64,000 bases of DNA from Crocinitomicaceae bacterium (GTDB taxonomy: Bacteria; Bacteroidota; Bacteroidia; Flavobacteriales_D; Crocinitomicaceae): assembly GCA_044372485.1 (NCBI GenBank), contig JBILRU010000001.1:9709-73708 (forward strand), read 5' to 3'. The notes beneath the pieces are model-generated. The model searched no databases, had not been told where the DNA came from, and saw only the letters and a program-made list of their open reading frames with translations. Positions 39,363 to 50,088 of this stretch are shown here, one piece after another. The position numbers and the translations under genes were made by a program. Every line of letters begins with the position of its first letter. Position 1 is the first letter of the stretch.

Positions 39363-41678
39363 TTATTTAGCAACAAGGTGTAAAAATCCGTGTCCAGTAA
39401 CTTCTTGTCCAGAAATGTTGTAGCCAGTATATTCATAGAAATATACACCTTCATTTGCAATAACCCCGTTGATTTTCCCATCCCAAGAAGGATTATTATT
39501 TACTAAGTCGTCACTACTTTTTTCAAAGATCACATTTCCCCAGCGGTTGAAGATGGTAAGTTCCAATTTTACCACATTTTTTGTGCTTAAGAAATAGGTA
39601 TCATTGTTTCCGTCATTTCCTGGGGTAAAGACATTTGGAGCTTCCACAATGGGCGTTGGATATGCACAAGAGCCATCATCTATAATTGCGGAGGCGTTAT
39701 AATTCAGAGCGTTTGGATCCGTACAACCTGTTTGATAAACACACGTGCCGTTGTCAACATTCGCCCCCACATTGTAGTTTAGCGCTATAGGATCAGTACA
39801 GCCACAAACATCAACTTGGATGAGGTAGTATGCGGTGTCTGAACATAGTGCTGATTGGAAGGCAATGAGTTGAACTGAATAAATCCCAAAAGGACCAGTG
39901 TACGTATGCGAAACGTTCGTTAAATTAGCACTTGTAGCGGTTTGCGTATCACCAAAATTCCAGGAATAATTATTCGCGTACAAACTGTTGTTTTGGAAGG
40001 TAACATCAAATGGCGCGCAACCCTGAATAGGTGTTCCATTAAATTCGGCATCTGCTGCATTCTTAACACCAACAAAAGCGCTGTCTGACATAGAGCACAC
40101 ATTGTCTTGAACGGTAAGGTAATACCATCCAGATGGAATATTCTGCCATAAAGAATCATTAGAGAAACCATTTGGACCAGGGCCCGTCCAAGAATATGTT
40201 GGCGTCCCAGTTAATCCAATGGCCGATGCAGCAACGAATCCTGTTGGTTGGCAAGATGTCAAAGCAGTATAAATGGTGTCAATGATGATGGTTTGATTCA
40301 TGGTAACTGTAACCGTATCAGTTAAAGGGCCTAAACAAGCATCAGTAACTGTTATTGGAAAATAAAAAACGCCGTTTTGATTTATAGATACCACATCTTG
40401 GGTGGAATCGGAAGAGCTATTTAACCAATCATAAGTATAGGAACCGGTTGCTCCAGATGCACTTGCCCCCAAAAGAATATTATCATTAAAACATTGGAGA
40501 CTGATATCTGGGGTATTGATGTTCAGTGGTGTAATATCTGTGAGGTATAAATTTCCAGAAACAGAAAGAGAGTCGCCATTCGCATCAACATAACTAACAG
40601 TAATAATAATGGATTCAGTACCTTCTGCAATTCCATCTACAATTGGAGCAATATTAATCGCAGCTGTATCTTGTCCAGGAGCAAGAATGATTGGGCTATC
40701 TGCTAATATGAAATCAACATCATCTATAGCCGTTCCGGTCACAGAAAAATTTACTGTAAGGGGCAAATTTGATTGACAGGCACTTCTAATGAATAGAACA
40801 TTGGCATCTACACACGCTTCAGGAATGGTATCTGTTCCATTTGCCGTTTGCAATGAGATGCCCACAGGCGGAGAGAAGAATGAATCATCTTGTAAAAAAA
40901 CAGCTGTACTTAGGTAATTGTCTTGACAATCAGCAACAGCAAATTTAAAGTGATATGTTTCACCGCATTGAACATTAAAGGTAATAGGAATAGGTGTCGT
41001 ATAACCATTTAAAGTGTTTCCTGGTCCTCCAGGAACATAATATTGCGCATTTAAATTTGGGTGAATGGTACTAATTGTAATTGGCAAATTTGTGTTTGGC
41101 ACAGTGGCCAAATTTACAGATCCATTCGGAAATCCAGCGGGAGAGGCATAAGGACCTGTAATTCCTGGGCCGCTCACAAAGAATCCAAAAACATCGTTAA
41201 AAAGCGTGTTTATATATGTTAAATACTCATCAGATCCAAAGACAAAATTGAAACTGACCACATTCGAAACAGCCACAAAGTCAAATTCTAAAGCTGCAAG
41301 GTCTTCGGTTTCATCAATGTTTGCGGCATTTGGGTTTGTTGTGACAGATTGAGCGACGGATAACAGGTCGTTATCCGATAAGCCACTTGTTCCTATGGTT
41401 CCTGCTGTTTGAGTTGTCGATACTCCAACTAATTCTGTTACGTCACCACTAGACAACACAATACCACCTTGAAAACCAATATTAGAAGTAGCATCAGAAA
41501 AATCACCAATTTGAGTTGCGCCTCCTGTAAAGGTGACATTCGAAACAGTAACTCCTGATCCAATTAAATTATTCGTAACGTATTGCAATGCTGTTTGACC
41601 TGTGTTAACGGCCAGTTGGCTAAATAATGAGAAATTAACTATCAAGGCAAAACCGAGAAAAAGGTATTTTTTTATCAT
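39363..41678 (-). CDS. T9SS-secreted multidomain surface protein (choice-of-anchor-L-like N-domain, Calx-beta-like, PKD, type-B CTD)
   Basis: Signal peptide, then FNFVFGSDEY...FFVSGPG (choice-of-anchor L), DDVDF...EGTE (Calx-beta-like) and a PKD-like NYSWNFGD. The C-terminal PNVFTPGNDGNNDTYF matches the gliding-motility CTD. Confidence 0.8.
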   Translation of the reverse strand: MIKKYLFLGFALIVNFSLFSQLAVNTGQTALQYVTNNLIGSGVTVSNVTFTGGATQIGDFSDATSNIGFQGGIVLSSGDVTELVGVSTTQTAGTIGTSGLSDNDLLSVAQSVTTNPNAANIDETEDLAALEFDFVAVSNVVSFNFVFGSDEYLTYINTLFNDVFGFFVSGPGITGPYASPAGFPNGSVNLATVPNTNLPITISTIHPNLNAQYYVPGGPGNTLNGYTTPIPITFNVQCGETYHFKFAVADCQDNYLSTAVFLQDDSFFSPPVGISLQTANGTDTIPEACVDANVLFIRSACQSNLPLTVNFSVTGTAIDDVDFILADSPIILAPGQDTAAINIAPIVDGIAEGTESIIITVSYVDANGDSLSVSGNLYLTDITPLNINTPDISLQCFNDNILLGASASGATGSYTYDWLNSSSDSTQDVVSINQNGVFYFPITVTDACLGPLTDTVTVTMNQTIIIDTIYTALTSCQPTGFVAASAIGLTGTPTYSWTGPGPNGFSNDSLWQNIPSGWYYLTVQDNVCSMSDSAFVGVKNAADAEFNGTPIQGCAPFDVTFQNNSLYANNYSWNFGDTQTATSANLTNVSHTYTGPFGIYSVQLIAFQSALCSDTAYYLIQVDVCGCTDPIALNYNVGANVDNGTCVYQTGCTDPNALNYNASAIIDDGSCAYPTPIVEAPNVFTPGNDGNNDTYFLSTKNVVKLELTIFNRWGNVIFEKSSDDLVNNNPSWDGKINGVIANEGVYFYEYTGYNISGQEVTGHGFLHLVAK

Positions 41679-41808
41679 TTTATTCTAATTTATAAATCCT
41701 AGGACGGCTCTTCTATCCTAAAAGATGCACTAATTTGAATAAAAAAATCTAGACGACAAATTTTTTCAGGAATAATAACGATTTTTGAGTTCATATAATT
41801 TTAGCACA

Positions 41809-43209
41809 ATGAAGTTAACACAAGAATATATATTAAAGAATAAGGAACGTTTTTTAGAAGAGCTTTTGGGGTTTTTAAAAATACCTTCTATTTCAGCTGA
41901 TCCAGCCTATACGGATGACGTGGCAACTTGCGCTAGAAAATTGGCGGAACACATGAAAACCATAGGCTTGGATAATGTGGAAATTTGTATTACCGCTGGA
42001 CACCCGATTGTTTATGCCGAAAAAATAATAGATTCCTCCTTACCAACAATTTTAGTTTACGGACATTACGATGTGCAACCAGCTGATCCAATTGAATTAT
42101 GGACATCTCCGCCATTTGAACCAGTCATTAAGGAAACACCGATTCATCCGATGGGAGCGATTTTTGCGCGTGGGGCTTGTGACGATAAAGGACAAATGTT
42201 CATGCACGTGAAAGCGTTTGAAGCAATGTTGGCCTGCAACGAACTACCGTGTAACGTCAAATTTATGATTGAAGGCGAAGAAGAAGTCGGCAGTTCTAAT
42301 TTAGCGATTTACGTCAGAGAAAATAAAGCAAAATTAGCGGCAGACATTATTTTGGTTTCCGATACAGGAATGTTAGCAAATGATGTTCCATCGATTACAA
42401 CTGGACTAAGAGGATTAAGTTATGTAGAAGTGGAAGTTGTTGGCCCAAATCGAGATTTACACTCCGGACTTTATGGTGGTTGTGTGGCAAATCCGATTAA
42501 TATTTTAACAGAAATGATCGCTTCTTTGCACGACGCAAATGGCAGAATTACTATTCCTGGTTTTTATGATACGGTAGAAGAATTATCCGTTGAAGAAAGA
42601 ACAGAGATGGCAAAAGCGCCTTTTTCCAATGAGGCATATTGCGCTGCATTGAATATTGAAGAGACACATGGAGAGGCAGGCTATTCGACGATGGAACGCG
42701 GGTCAATTCGTCCAACCTTAGATGTAAACGGAATTTGGGGTGGCTATATCGGTGAAGGAGCAAAAACGGTGATTGCATCTAAAGCACAAGCAAAAATTTC
42801 TATGCGCTTGGTTCCTCATCAAACATCAGAGGAAATCACAGACTTATTCGTGAAACATTTTGAATCAATAGCGCCAAAAAGTGTACGCGTAAAAGTACAC
42901 CCACATCATGGAGGAGAACCTGTTGTTACACCAACAGATTCTATCGCGTACAAAGCGGCCAGTTTGTCTTATGAAACCACATTTGGTAAAAAGCCAATTC
43001 CAGTAAGAAGTGGAGGAAGCATTCCAATCATTGCGATGTTTGAACAAGAACTTGGACTTAAAACCATGATGATGGGATTTGGTCTGGATAGCGATGCTAT
43101 CCATTCGCCAAATGAGCATTTCGGACTTTTTAACTATTACCGAGGTATTGAAACGATTCCTTATTTCTTCTCCAACTACACTAAATTGATGTTGAATGAA
43201 AACGCTTAG
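41809..43209 (+). CDS. M20 family dipeptidase
   Basis: YGHYDVQPA, RGACDDKG and MIEGEEEVGS motifs. ATG 41809 is preferred over the TTG at 41785. Confidence 0.85.
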   Translation: MKLTQEYILKNKERFLEELLGFLKIPSISADPAYTDDVATCARKLAEHMKTIGLDNVEICITAGHPIVYAEKIIDSSLPTILVYGHYDVQPADPIELWTSPPFEPVIKETPIHPMGAIFARGACDDKGQMFMHVKAFEAMLACNELPCNVKFMIEGEEEVGSSNLAIYVRENKAKLAADIILVSDTGMLANDVPSITTGLRGLSYVEVEVVGPNRDLHSGLYGGCVANPINILTEMIASLHDANGRITIPGFYDTVEELSVEERTEMAKAPFSNEAYCAALNIEETHGEAGYSTMERGSIRPTLDVNGIWGGYIGEGAKTVIASKAQAKISMRLVPHQTSEEITDLFVKHFESIAPKSVRVKVHPHHGGEPVVTPTDSIAYKAASLSYETTFGKKPIPVRSGGSIPIIAMFEQELGLKTMMMGFGLDSDAIHSPNEHFGLFNYYRGIETIPYFFSNYTKLMLNENA

Positions 43210-43663
43210 TTTTCTTTTTGTTCTTTTTGTTTTTTCGTCATGTGCTTCTTTTGAAGATCCAATTGAGGTTTTAAGTTACGACATGAAAATGGAAAATTTA
43301 AATTTGGAGGGGGCAGCGCTGCGTTTCAACACGAACATTCATAATAACACTTGGACACCCATCAAAATCAAACCATCTACACTCGAGTTGTTTGTCGATG
43401 GCGAAAAATTAGGGGATGTATATTTGGAAGAAAAAATCCGACTAAAATCCAACAAAGACAATGAAGTCAACGCGCTTGTGCATGTAAAATTTGCAGACGG
43501 AATATTGGGTAAACTTATTCGATATCGTTTCAAAGAAACAGCGCAATTGGAATTACGCGGAAAAGTAAAAACAGGCCTTCTATACGTTCCCATAAAAATT
43601 CCGGTAAATTATTCAAAGGTGATTTCTCCGAAAACCCTAAATCTTAATCTAGACAATCAATAA
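43196..43663 (+). CDS. LEA type-2 (WHy-domain-like) lipoprotein
   Basis: 155 aa with a signal peptide and lipobox FSSC, followed by a beta-sandwich-like pattern. The family call is from recall. Confidence 0.5.
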   Translation: MKTLSFLFVLFVFSSCASFEDPIEVLSYDMKMENLNLEGAALRFNTNIHNNTWTPIKIKPSTLELFVDGEKLGDVYLEEKIRLKSNKDNEVNALVHVKFADGILGKLIRYRFKETAQLELRGKVKTGLLYVPIKIPVNYSKVISPKTLNLNLDNQ

Positions 43664-46488
43664 TGCTTTCAGCTGACAAACCAAAAAAATTATTTTTACT
43701 TGATGCGTACGCATTGATTTATCGTGCTTATTTTGCCTTTTCGAAAAACCCTAGGGTTAATTCAAAAGGTCAAAATACCTCAGCTGCATTTGGATTTACA
43801 AATGTGCTCATTGATGTCATCAAAAACGAAAAACCGACACATTTAGCGGTCGTTTTCGATCCGCCGGGTGGATCTGCTCATCGCCAAGAAGAGTTCGCTG
43901 CTTATAAAGCACAACGAGAAGAAATGCCGGAGGATATTCGTTCGATGATTCATCCCATTAAACAAATCGTGGAAGCTTTTAACGTGCCTATTTTAGAAGT
44001 CCCGGGTTTTGAGGCAGACGATGTGGTAGGCACAGTGGCTAAGGTTGCCGAAAAACATGGTTTCACTACATATATGATGACGCCAGATAAAGATTACGCT
44101 CAACTTGTCAGTGAAAATATTTTTATGTTTAAACCAGGACGAGGCGGAAATCCACCGGAAATTTTAGGAGTGAAAGAGGTATGTGAAAAGTTCGAGGTAG
44201 AACGTCCGGAACAGGTTATTGACATTTTAGGACTTTGGGGAGATGCTTCGGATAACATTCCGGGAATTCCGGGAATCGGTGAAAAAACCGCGAAAACCTT
44301 GATTGCAAAATATGGATCAGTAGAAAACTTAATTGACCATGCCCATGAGTTAAAAGGGAAACAGCAAGAAAATGTCATCAACTTTGCGGATCAAGGTAGG
44401 ATTTCAAAAATGTTGGCAACCATTATTTGTGATGTCGATGTGGAGTTTAATGAATCCGAATTGGAGATGTGTGATGTCGATGCAGAAAAAGTCCTGCAAA
44501 TATTCACTGAATTGGAATTTAGAACCTTAGCGAAACGTGTCATCGGTGAAGAAATTGTGGTCACTACCGCAGTGAGTGGAACAACACAAAAGGAACCGAA
44601 AGACGCTTCTCAACTTGATCTATTTGGCGTTCAAAGTATGATTGAACCGCAGGAAGCGACATCAACCGCGAATTACAAAACTATCGCAACAGAACGCCCT
44701 AGTTATCATTTGATTTCATCAGCGGAAGAGCGTAAAGAATTACTGGAAATTTTATTGAAACATTCTCAGGTTTGTTTTGATACGGAAACAACGGACATTG
44801 ATGCGTTGCACGCTGATCTTGTTGGATTTTCTTTTTCTTACAAAGCAAGGGAAGCATTTTATGTGTCCGTTCCACCAGATTTTGATGCAGCCAAGAAAAT
44901 TGTTGAAGAGTTTAAACCATTTTTTGACGACCCGTCGATTGAAAAGATTGCACATAACATAAAGTATGATCTAAAAGTTTTACAACGCTATGGAATCGAT
45001 GTGGCAGAGCCACTCTTTGATACCATGATTGCACATTATTTGATTAATCCTGAGGCTAAACAGAGCATGGATTTTTTATCCACCTTTTATTTGAATTATC
45101 AACCCGTTTCCATTGAAGCATTGATTGGTAAAAAAGGGAAGGGTCAAGGAAATATGCGCGATTTGAAGCCGGAAGAAATATCTGATTATGCATGTGAAGA
45201 TGCGGACATTACACTTCAATTAAAAACATTGTTCGAACCGGAAATTCAAAAACCACATCTTTCGGAGTTGTTTTACAACATGGAAATGCCTTTAGTAAAA
45301 GTATTGAAGGACATGGAGTTTGAAGGGATTTCCATTGATGTTCCAGCTTTAATCGATTATTCGAAAGAATTAGATCATACCTTAATCCGTCTAGACGAAG
45401 AAATAAAAGCCGCTGCAGGGGAAGATTTCAATATCGATTCACCGAAACAATTAGGTGAGGTGCTTTTCGAAAAACTAAAAATATCTAGCAAAGCAAAGAA
45501 AACGAAGACAGGACAATATGCGACTTCGGAGGACATCCTTCAAAAACACGAACACGATCACCCCATCATTCCAATGATATTGGAGTACCGACAACTGCGC
45601 AAATTAAAAAGTACGTATGTTGATCCACTTCCGACGATGTGCGATCCTGTCGATGGACGAATCCACACCAATTTTATGCAAACGGTGACCGCCACTGGAA
45701 GACTAAGCTCAAATAATCCGAATTTGCAAAACATTCCGATTCGCTCCGCGAAAGGACGAGAAATACGTCGGGCATTTGTTGCTAGAAGTTCAGAATTTAA
45801 GTTAATGGCCGTCGATTATTCTCAGATTGAATTGAGAATTATTGCCGCATTGAGCGAGGACCCTAATATGATTGAGGCCTTTCAAAAAGGACAAGACATT
45901 CACGCGGCAACAGCGGCGAAAGTATTTCATACACCAATAGAAGAGGTGACACGCGATCAACGAAGCGCAGCAAAAGCAGTCAATTTTGGAATCATCTATG
46001 GTCAGTCAGCATTTGGACTAGCGCAGAATTTGTCCATTTCCCGAACGGAAGCAAAAGGGATTATTGATGCCTATTTTGAAGAATATAACACCATTAAAAA
46101 ATACATGGACCATGTAATTGCTCAAGCGAGAGAGTCGGGTTATGTGGAAACAATCATGAAACGAAGAAGGTATTTACCAGACATTAATTCAGCGAATGCG
46201 GTTGTTCGCGGTTATGCGGAAAGAAATGCTGTTAATGCGCCCATTCAAGGATCTGCTGCAGATATTATTAAAATGGCCATGATTGCAGTTGACCATGCCA
46301 TGAAAAAGGAAAGCGTTCAGTCAAAAATGATTTTACAAGTGCACGATGAACTTGTATTTGATGTGCATGTTTCGGAAGAACAACGTATGCAAACATTAGT
46401 GAAAGAGGCGATGGAGAACGCGATAAAATTGGTGGTGCCAATGGAGGTTGAATGGAAGATTGCACAAAATTGGCTAGAAGCTCATTAA
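43663..46488 (+). CDS. polA: DNA polymerase I
   Basis: 941 aa with 5'-nuclease, 3'-5' exonuclease and polymerase motifs (DYSQIELR, QVHDELVF). TAATG overlap with the upstream gene. Confidence 0.97.
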   Translation: MLSADKPKKLFLLDAYALIYRAYFAFSKNPRVNSKGQNTSAAFGFTNVLIDVIKNEKPTHLAVVFDPPGGSAHRQEEFAAYKAQREEMPEDIRSMIHPIKQIVEAFNVPILEVPGFEADDVVGTVAKVAEKHGFTTYMMTPDKDYAQLVSENIFMFKPGRGGNPPEILGVKEVCEKFEVERPEQVIDILGLWGDASDNIPGIPGIGEKTAKTLIAKYGSVENLIDHAHELKGKQQENVINFADQGRISKMLATIICDVDVEFNESELEMCDVDAEKVLQIFTELEFRTLAKRVIGEEIVVTTAVSGTTQKEPKDASQLDLFGVQSMIEPQEATSTANYKTIATERPSYHLISSAEERKELLEILLKHSQVCFDTETTDIDALHADLVGFSFSYKAREAFYVSVPPDFDAAKKIVEEFKPFFDDPSIEKIAHNIKYDLKVLQRYGIDVAEPLFDTMIAHYLINPEAKQSMDFLSTFYLNYQPVSIEALIGKKGKGQGNMRDLKPEEISDYACEDADITLQLKTLFEPEIQKPHLSELFYNMEMPLVKVLKDMEFEGISIDVPALIDYSKELDHTLIRLDEEIKAAAGEDFNIDSPKQLGEVLFEKLKISSKAKKTKTGQYATSEDILQKHEHDHPIIPMILEYRQLRKLKSTYVDPLPTMCDPVDGRIHTNFMQTVTATGRLSSNNPNLQNIPIRSAKGREIRRAFVARSSEFKLMAVDYSQIELRIIAALSEDPNMIEAFQKGQDIHAATAAKVFHTPIEEVTRDQRSAAKAVNFGIIYGQSAFGLAQNLSISRTEAKGIIDAYFEEYNTIKKYMDHVIAQARESGYVETIMKRRRYLPDINSANAVVRGYAERNAVNAPIQGSAADIIKMAMIAVDHAMKKESVQSKMILQVHDELVFDVHVSEEQRMQTLVKEAMENAIKLVVPMEVEWKIAQNWLEAH

Positions 46489-46556
46489 ACTCTGCGAAGC
46501 CTAGTAAAACCTGGGTGTATTATTAAGCGTATATTTGTTATTCATAAAAAAGAAAG

Positions 46557-47966
46557 ATGGATTTTTTTACAATTTTAATTAAAGCAGCACAGCTATTTTT
46601 ATCCTTGGCGATTTTAGTAACCTTACATGAGTTTGGACACTTTATTCCCGCTAGATTATTTAAAACGCGTATTGAAAAGTTCTACCTTTTCTTCAATCCC
46701 TTCTTTTCGGTTTTCAGAAGAAAAAAAGTAAATGGCGTTACGAAAACGGCATGGTTTACGAAAGATTCTCCAAAAGAATGGAAGGAAGACCCAGACACGA
46801 CTGAATGGGGATTTGGTTGGTTACCGCTAGGTGGATACGTGAAAATTGCCGGGATGATTGATGAGTCCATGGATACAGAACAATTGAAGCAACCTGCTCA
46901 AGAATGGGAGTTTCGCTCGAAAAAAGCATGGCAAAGACTAATTATCATGGTAGGTGGAGTTGTCGTTAACCTCATCCTTGGGTTCATTATTTATATCGGC
47001 GTTGTCTTTACTTGGGGACAAATGGAATTGAAACCAGTTAATTTGGAACATGGCTTAAGTGTTCATCCATACTTGGAAAGATACCACTTAAGTTCTGGTG
47101 ATAAAGTGCTAACTATAGAAGGACAAGAAGTATTGAATTTAGATGAATTGAATAAAGGAATTATGTTCAGAGGAGCACGAAATTTGACTGTTCTGCATCC
47201 AGATGGAACAAAAGAAGCAATTCGTTTGCCAAAAGAAATCGACCGAACATTATTTCAAGTGGGCGCCTTACCTGCTTTTGGCTTGAGGTCAAGCGCTCAT
47301 AGTGTTGGAGAAGTAATGAAAAATTCTCCCGCGAAAGCAGCAGGATTAAAAAAGGACGACGTCATTCTCAGTGTTGGAAACCAACAGGTAACTTATTTTG
47401 ATCAACTTTCCAAAGGACTTTATGAAGCAAAGGGGAAGCGCACAGATCTAACCGTTTTGCGAGGAGTTGATACCCTTGAATTAAAAACGAAGGTAAAACA
47501 AGATGGAACCATTGGATTTCAAACGAGCGTAAAAATTCTTATGGATACGAACGCGATTCAAACGAAACACTATGGTTTAGGTCAAAGTATCGCTATTGGA
47601 ATGAGCTATGGTAAAAATACGCTCTCTGACTATATTTCTCAGTTTAAATTTGTTTTTACTAAAAAAGGAGCCACTTCAATCGGTGGGTTTGCATCAATTG
47701 GAAATATGTTTCCTCCTGTATGGGATTGGGAATCATTCTGGTTGTCGACTGCCTTATTGTCCATCATCTTGGCTTTCATGAACATTCTTCCTATACCAGC
47801 GCTCGACGGAGGACACGTGGTTTTCTTGTTATATGAAATGATCACCGGAAAAGAAGCGCCTCAAAAAGTGTTGGAATACGCACAAATGGTTGGAATCGTC
47901 TTATTATTAACCTTAATGGTTTATGCCAATGGGAATGACCTCATCCGTTGGATAACTTCGTTGTAA
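46557..47966 (+). CDS. rseP: RIP metalloprotease RseP (M50)
   Basis: HEFGH zinc motif in TM1, a central PDZ region, and the NxxPxxxLDG motif (NILPIPALDGG). A TATATTTG -7 motif lies at 46530-46537. Confidence 0.9.
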   Translation: MDFFTILIKAAQLFLSLAILVTLHEFGHFIPARLFKTRIEKFYLFFNPFFSVFRRKKVNGVTKTAWFTKDSPKEWKEDPDTTEWGFGWLPLGGYVKIAGMIDESMDTEQLKQPAQEWEFRSKKAWQRLIIMVGGVVVNLILGFIIYIGVVFTWGQMELKPVNLEHGLSVHPYLERYHLSSGDKVLTIEGQEVLNLDELNKGIMFRGARNLTVLHPDGTKEAIRLPKEIDRTLFQVGALPAFGLRSSAHSVGEVMKNSPAKAAGLKKDDVILSVGNQQVTYFDQLSKGLYEAKGKRTDLTVLRGVDTLELKTKVKQDGTIGFQTSVKILMDTNAIQTKHYGLGQSIAIGMSYGKNTLSDYISQFKFVFTKKGATSIGGFASIGNMFPPVWDWESFWLSTALLSIILAFMNILPIPALDGGHVVFLLYEMITGKEAPQKVLEYAQMVGIVLLLTLMVYANGNDLIRWITSL

Positions 47967-47976
47967 CTATTCGTTT

Positions 47977-50025
47977 ATGAGTACTTTTCAAAATTACATC
48001 CTTGGAAATTGGATAACGGGTGATGGAGTGGAAACACAACTTTTTCATGCGGTAACAAACGCAGAATTAGGATCAGTTTCTAGTGCAGGAATTGATTACG
48101 AGCAAGTTCTAGATTATGGACGAAGAACAGGTGGCAGAGCCTTACGTAAAATGACCTTTCAAGAAAGAGGCCGAATGCTTAAAGCACTTGCACTATTCTT
48201 AATGGAGCGCAAAGAACGTTATTATGAGGTGAGTTCATGGACTGGAGCAACTAAGGTTGACTCATGGATTGACATCGAAGGAGGAATCGGAAACCTATTT
48301 GCAAATGCATCTTTGAGAAAACAATTCCCAGATTTACCCTATTATGTTGACGGTTCTGCTGCACCACTTTCCAAAAACGGAACCTTTATCGGCCATCACA
48401 TTATGGTGCCGAAAGAAGGGGTGGCTGTTCATATCAATGCCTTTAATTTCCCGGTTTGGGGAATGTTGGAAAAAATAGCAGTGAATCTAATGGCGGGTGT
48501 TCCAGCCTTGGTAAAGCCTTCAGAATATACGTGTTACTTAACAGAAGTAGTTGTCCGTGACATCATCGCATCGAAAATTCTTCCTGAGGGATCCCTCCAA
48601 TTGATTTGTGGATTAGGACGTGGAATTTTAGACCATGTAGACGCGAGAGACATGGTCACTTTTACGGGCAGCGCGTCAACAGGAAAAATCTTAAAAGGAT
48701 TGCCACGTATTTCTCAAGAAAGCGTTTCGTTTAACTTGGAAGCCGACTCCTTGAACGCAACCGTTTTAGGTAAAAAAGCGATACCAGGAACTGTAGAGTT
48801 CGATTTATTTATCAAAGAAACGGTGAAAGAAATCACCATCAAAGCTGGACAAAAATGTACGGCCGTGCGAAGAATTATGGTTCCGGAAGAGTTCATCGAT
48901 GAGGTTCAATCAGCAATATCTACCCGTTTAGCCTCCACGAAAATCGGTAATCCAGCGGAGGAAGGTGTCCGAATGGGTCCTTTGGCAACAAAATTACAAG
49001 CCGAGCGTGTGCGTTCATCTGTAGAAGAATTAAGCAAATCGCAACGCATTGTCTTTGGTGATTTAGATCATTTTGACATCATCGGAGATTCTGCAAAAAG
49101 AGAGGCGTTTTTCTCGCCAATTTTGTTTAGAAATGATGATCCTTTCCGTCAAACTGCTTGTCATGATATTGAGGCCTTTGGACCAGTTGCGACCATTATG
49201 CCGTATAAAGATTTAGATGACGCCATCGAATTAGCGAAAATGGGCAAAGGATCATTAGTTTCCTCCATTGTCACACCAGATAATCAAGAAGCGCGTGATT
49301 ATGTAGTTGGTGCTGCAAGTATGCACGGACGTATTCTTGTTCTAAACGAACATTGTGCAAAGGAAAGTACCGGACATGGTTCACCGATGCCATTGTTAAC
49401 ACACGGTGGTCCAGGTCGCGCTGGAGGCGGAGAAGAAATGGGAGGAAAACGCGGTGTTTTACATTATTTACAACGTACAGCCATTCAAGGTCACCCAACA
49501 ACCATAACGGCTATTACAGAACAATTCCAAGTAGGAGCAGAGATGCCCGAAGCAAATCCACACGTGTTTAGAAAGCACTTTGAGGAATTGGTAATTGGAG
49601 AAACAGTATTTACACATAAGCACACAGTAAGTGATGCGGACATTGTCAATTTTGCCAACGTTTCGGGAGACAATTTCTATGCACATATGGATGCAACATC
49701 TTTGGAAGGAACGATTTTCGAACGTCGAGTTGCTCACGGATATTTCATCCTTTCCAAAGCAGCTGGATTGTTTGTTGATCCGAAAAAAGGACCTGTCCTC
49801 TTAAATTACGGATTAGAAGACGCGCGTTTCACGAAGCCTGTTTATCCAGGGGCAACCATTGGCGTAAGATTCACGGTTAAAGAAAAAATTGATCAGGAAA
49901 AGCGTAGTGAAGACGATATCCCGAAAGGCATCGTTAAGTTTCTAGTAGATGTTTACGATGAAACAGGAGAAACGGTAACATTAGCAACGATTCTGACGAT
50001 GGTTAAAAAACTAAACAATCAATAA
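47977..50025 (+). CDS. paaZ: PaaZ-like bifunctional aldehyde dehydrogenase / MaoC-type hydratase
   Basis: 682 aa. The N-terminal ALDH fold includes an EADSLN-type segment. The C-terminal hot-dog domain has [10 protein letters not shown]. Confidence 0.8.
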   Translation: MSTFQNYILGNWITGDGVETQLFHAVTNAELGSVSSAGIDYEQVLDYGRRTGGRALRKMTFQERGRMLKALALFLMERKERYYEVSSWTGATKVDSWIDIEGGIGNLFANASLRKQFPDLPYYVDGSAAPLSKNGTFIGHHIMVPKEGVAVHINAFNFPVWGMLEKIAVNLMAGVPALVKPSEYTCYLTEVVVRDIIASKILPEGSLQLICGLGRGILDHVDARDMVTFTGSASTGKILKGLPRISQESVSFNLEADSLNATVLGKKAIPGTVEFDLFIKETVKEITIKAGQKCTAVRRIMVPEEFIDEVQSAISTRLASTKIGNPAEEGVRMGPLATKLQAERVRSSVEELSKSQRIVFGDLDHFDIIGDSAKREAFFSPILFRNDDPFRQTACHDIEAFGPVATIMPYKDLDDAIELAKMGKGSLVSSIVTPDNQEARDYVVGAASMHGRILVLNEHCAKESTGHGSPMPLLTHGGPGRAGGGEEMGGKRGVLHYLQRTAIQGHPTTITAITEQFQVGAEMPEANPHVFRKHFEELVIGETVFTHKHTVSDADIVNFANVSGDNFYAHMDATSLEGTIFERRVAHGYFILSKAAGLFVDPKKGPVLLNYGLEDARFTKPVYPGATIGVRFTVKEKIDQEKRSEDDIPKGIVKFLVDVYDETGETVTLATILTMVKKLNNQ

Positions 50026-50043
50026 CCCAAGTTTCTAGAAAAC

Positions 50044-50074
50044 AAAAAAGACAGCTTAAGGGCTGTCTTTTTTA
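50044..50074. terminator. Bidirectional terminator between convergent paaZ and the MMPL gene
   Basis: AAAAAAGACAGC-ttaagg-GCTGTCTTTTTT, with an A-run and a T-run flanking a 6-bp GC-containing stem. Confidence 0.75.
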
Positions 50075-50088
50075 TTGGCTTAAGTTTT

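Noticed and set aside
28730-41678. Gene-strand switch as independent support for oriC at about 29 kb.
   Set aside because: Genes immediately to the left are on the minus strand, as expected. To the right, only rpiB is on the plus strand before a long minus-strand run (29723-41678). Strand bias therefore neither supports nor excludes the origin call.
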